Origin: Mobula birostris
Lineage: Eukaryota
DNA length: 64,000 nucleotides
Reading direction: 5' to 3'
Assembly: GCF_030028105.1 (NCBI RefSeq)
Contig: NC_092377.1
Location: 166,510,104-166,574,103 of the forward strand
Part shown: in pieces, positions 61,120-64,000 of the stretch
How the letters are laid out: the number at the start of each line of letters is the position of its first letter
Position numbering within the stretch: the stretch's first letter is position 1
Notes under the pieces: generated by a model
Database searches by the model: none
Told to the model about the DNA's origin: nothing
Seen by the model: only the letters and a program-made list of their open reading frames with translations
Program-made: the position numbers and the translations under genes

Positions 61120-63700
61120 GATGCTCAACAGCTGTGGCAGGACTTGACTGCTATCACTCCCTGCAAAGTAAAGCCTGGTGACAATAGGTGACAACAAGGT
61201 TTTGCTCCAAGATGAGCTCAATGCGTTTTATGCTCACTTTGACCAATGAAACATGGAGGTACATTCATAAACTCCCACAGCTTTCAACAACCCTATGATT
61301 TCAGTCTCTGAAGCCGACGTGCAAGCAGCCCACGGAACTTATGGAAAGCATCTGGCCCAGATAGGGTACCTGACCAAGTACTAAAGACCTGTGCTGATCA
61401 ACTGACTGGGGAGTTCACTGATAGTATTGTAACACCGTGGTTATGATTTTTACTGCTATGCTATAGGTATTTCATTTTAGCAGTTCTGTAAGAACAGTCT
61501 GCTCTGCTTTCAGCCTATTTGAGTTTGAGCTGAGATAAGGGGTTTTGTTGTTCACCCTAGGAATGTAGTGTCAGCCAATCAGGGTGGTGGAATTGGGAGA
61601 AGGTTCTAGAGTACCTGGGAGGAGAGGTTTTTGTGACGGACGCTGCTGTGGGTTAAGATGTTTTTGGCAGGAACTGGGAGAAGACAGAAGGGAAGATGGC
61701 TGAGGATGTCGTCCCTGTTGCACAAGGTGCTTTGTGCAGAAGAATATTTCAAGGAGGAAGGACTAATACTCCTGTGGGCGACCCCATTTGTTTGGGATGG
61801 CTTTCAAGCGACATTCAGAAGGTGGTGTGTGTGCTTTCATGCAGACCAAGGGTCCAGCTCACGAGTTACAGATAGCTTCAAGATGAGCTCCAACTTGTCT
61901 GTATATTTGACTGTTTAATTATGATGGCCCCATTGTTTTTTTCTTCTTTCTTTTCTTTAATAACTGTTTGGTTAAGTTAACTTAAATATATCTTCTTTAT
62001 AATTGTATGCAGTGTACAGCCTGTTATTTCTTGCCGATGGGTGATTGCGCAGGAGCAGCAAGTTATACAGCATTCACACAAGTCGGGGTTCGTGTGGGCA
62101 AGGTACCCAACCTCACGAGATTGCCGAGGTCCAGGTCATATCGACCCTAGACATACAGAGCCTGAGAAAGATGCTTTATCACTGCTGAGTCCAGTGGCTG
62201 TTAGCGAAGGGCTAATGAGCCGCATCTCTACAGATGCCCAGTAAAAAGGGGTTTCAGTATCTTTAACCTCTCACTTTGGCGATCTGAGGTACCCCTCTGC
62301 TTCAAGCAGGCTTCAATTAACCAGTGCCCAAGAAGATTGTGGTAACCTGCCTCAATGACTATTGTCCAGCAGCACTTACATCTACTGTGATGAAGTGCTT
62401 TGAGAGGTTGGTGATGAAATATATCAACTCCTGAGGAGCAACCTGGATCTGCTCCAATTTCCTTACAAGTGGTTGACAGCAGACGCCATTTCATTGGCTC
62501 CTCACTCAACTTACTGGCATTCAATACTATCATCACCTCAAATCTAATCAATAAGCTCCAAGACCTAGGCCTCGAGACTTCCTCGTGCAACTGGATCCTC
62601 AATTTCCACCTTTGCAGGCCCCAATCAGTTCAGATTGGCAAAAAATATCTCCTTCACAATTTCCAACAGTATTGGTGCACCAGTAGGCTGTGTGCTTAGA
62701 ATCAGTATATAGGAGGGAGATTGAAAATCTGGCTGAATGGTGCCATAACAGCAACTTCTCACTCAACGTCGCAAAACCAATGAATTGACTATCCACAACC
62801 AGAGGTCCATAAGCCAGTGCTCATCAGGAGATCAAGATGGAGAGAGTCAGCAACTTTAAACTCCTCAATGTTATCATTTCACAGAATCTGTCCTGGGTCC
62901 AGCATGTAAGTACCATTACTAAGAAAACATGGCAGTGCCTTTACTTTCTTAGAAGTTAGCGAAGATTCAGGATAACAGTCAAAATTTTAACAAACTTCTA
63001 TAGATGTGTGCTGGAGAGTATATTGCCTGGCTGCATCACAGCCTGGCATGGAAACACCAATGCCCTTGAATGGAAGAGCCCACAAAAAGTAGTGGATACA
63101 ATGCAGTCCATCACTGGTAACGCCCTCCCCATCAATGCTCATAGAGGGATCAGAAGTGGAGATAGTGAGCAATTTCAAGTTCCTGGGTGTCAATATCTCT
63201 GAAGGTCTAACCTGGTCCCAACATATCAATGCAGCTATAAAGAAGGCAAGACTGCGGCTATATTTCATTAGGAGCTTGAGGGGATTTGGTGTGTCACCTA
63301 AAACACACAAAAGCATCTACAGATGTACTGTGCAGAGCATTCTGACAGGCTGCAGCACCATTTGGTATGGGGAGACGACTACAGCACAGGATCAAAGAAA
63401 GCTACAGAACGTTGTAAAATTAGTCAGCTCCATCATGGGTACTAGCCTCTGTAGTATCCAAGACATATTCAAGGAGCAGTGCCTCAGAAAGGCAGTGTCC
63501 ATCATTAAAGACCCCCATTATTCAGGGCATGCCCTCTTCTTCTTCTCACCATCAGGAAGGAGTTACAGAAGCCTGAAGGCACACACTCAGTGATTCAAGA
63601 ACAGCTTCTTCTCCTCTGCTAAATGGATGTTGAACCCATGAACACTACCTCACTTTATAGAAAAATTATTTCTGTTTTTGCACTATTTTTAATTTAACTA
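61120..63700 (+). mobile_element. Rex1/Babar-type LINE remnants (older copy, and a younger 3' copy from about 63135)
   Basis: [17 protein letters not shown]; MKCFERLV; EIVSNFKFLGVNISEGLTWSQHI.. Confidence 0.8.
61428..62256. mobile_element. Probable solo LTR (829 bp) inserted in a Rex-type LINE
   Basis: TGTAACACC...GGGGTTTCA termini and a 4-bp TSD GTAT (61424-61427, 62257-62260). The host LINE sequence is contiguous across the insert. Confidence 0.75.
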
Positions 63701-63714
63701 CTTAATATACAGTT

Positions 63715-64000
63715 GCAAATTTCCAAGTTTTCTGGGCACCTTTTATTCTCACTCGCTGCCTCCTACCAATCAGCCAATGCTCTAACCATGATAGTAACTT
63801 TCCTGCAATACCATGGGCTCTTAACTTGGTAAGCAGCCTCATGTGTGGCACCTTGTCAAAGGCCTTCTGAAAGTCCAAATATACAACATCCACTACATCT
63901 CCTTTATCTATCCTACTTGTAATCTCCTCAAAGAATTCCAACAGGTTTGTCAGGCAAGATATTCACTTAAGGAAACGACGCTGACTTTGTCCTGTCATGC
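63715..64000 (-). mobile_element. CR1 RT fragment running off the window edge
   Basis: EFFEEITSRIDKGDVVDVVYLDFQKAFDKVPH. Confidence 0.88.

Noticed and set aside
47210-63160. Two Rex copies 5'-truncated at nearly the same position (about 47210 and 63135)
   Set aside because: Only two cases, the breakpoints are not identical, and the left boundaries are uncertain.
55568-64000. polb exon 11 (..KGETKFM)
   Set aside because: I searched the - strand by eye and found no match. It probably lies beyond 64000.

Overview
Vertebrate genomic DNA from a cartilaginous fish, probably a ray. This is inferred from the V-SINE/HE1-like SINEs, CR1, Rex/Babar and Penelope repeats. Two genes converge tail to tail. 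On + are dkk4 coding exons 2-4 (2549-2699, 16415-16576, 33926-34179); exon 1 is not in the window. On - are polb exons 12-14 (55503-55567, 43941-44080, 39106-39200); earlier exons lie beyond 64000. This is the same DKK4-POLB arrangement as in mammals. The introns are packed with transposable elements: L1/Tx1, CR1 (nested), Rex/Babar, a Tc1 interrupted by a full-length hAT, Tigger, Harbinger and hAT MITEs, a solo LTR, SINEs and a Penelope element with a long open RT/GIY-YIG frame. The most striking unannotated signal is a family of minimal type I hammerhead ribozyme motifs in the Penelope terminal repeat (stem I, CUGANGA, stem II, GAAA, palindromic ACGU, C, stem I). It includes one intact copy at 53817-53852 and a 98-bp-arm palindrome carrying two opposing copies. 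Minor repeat fragments are not all listed and repeat boundaries are approximate unless TIRs or TSDs are given.
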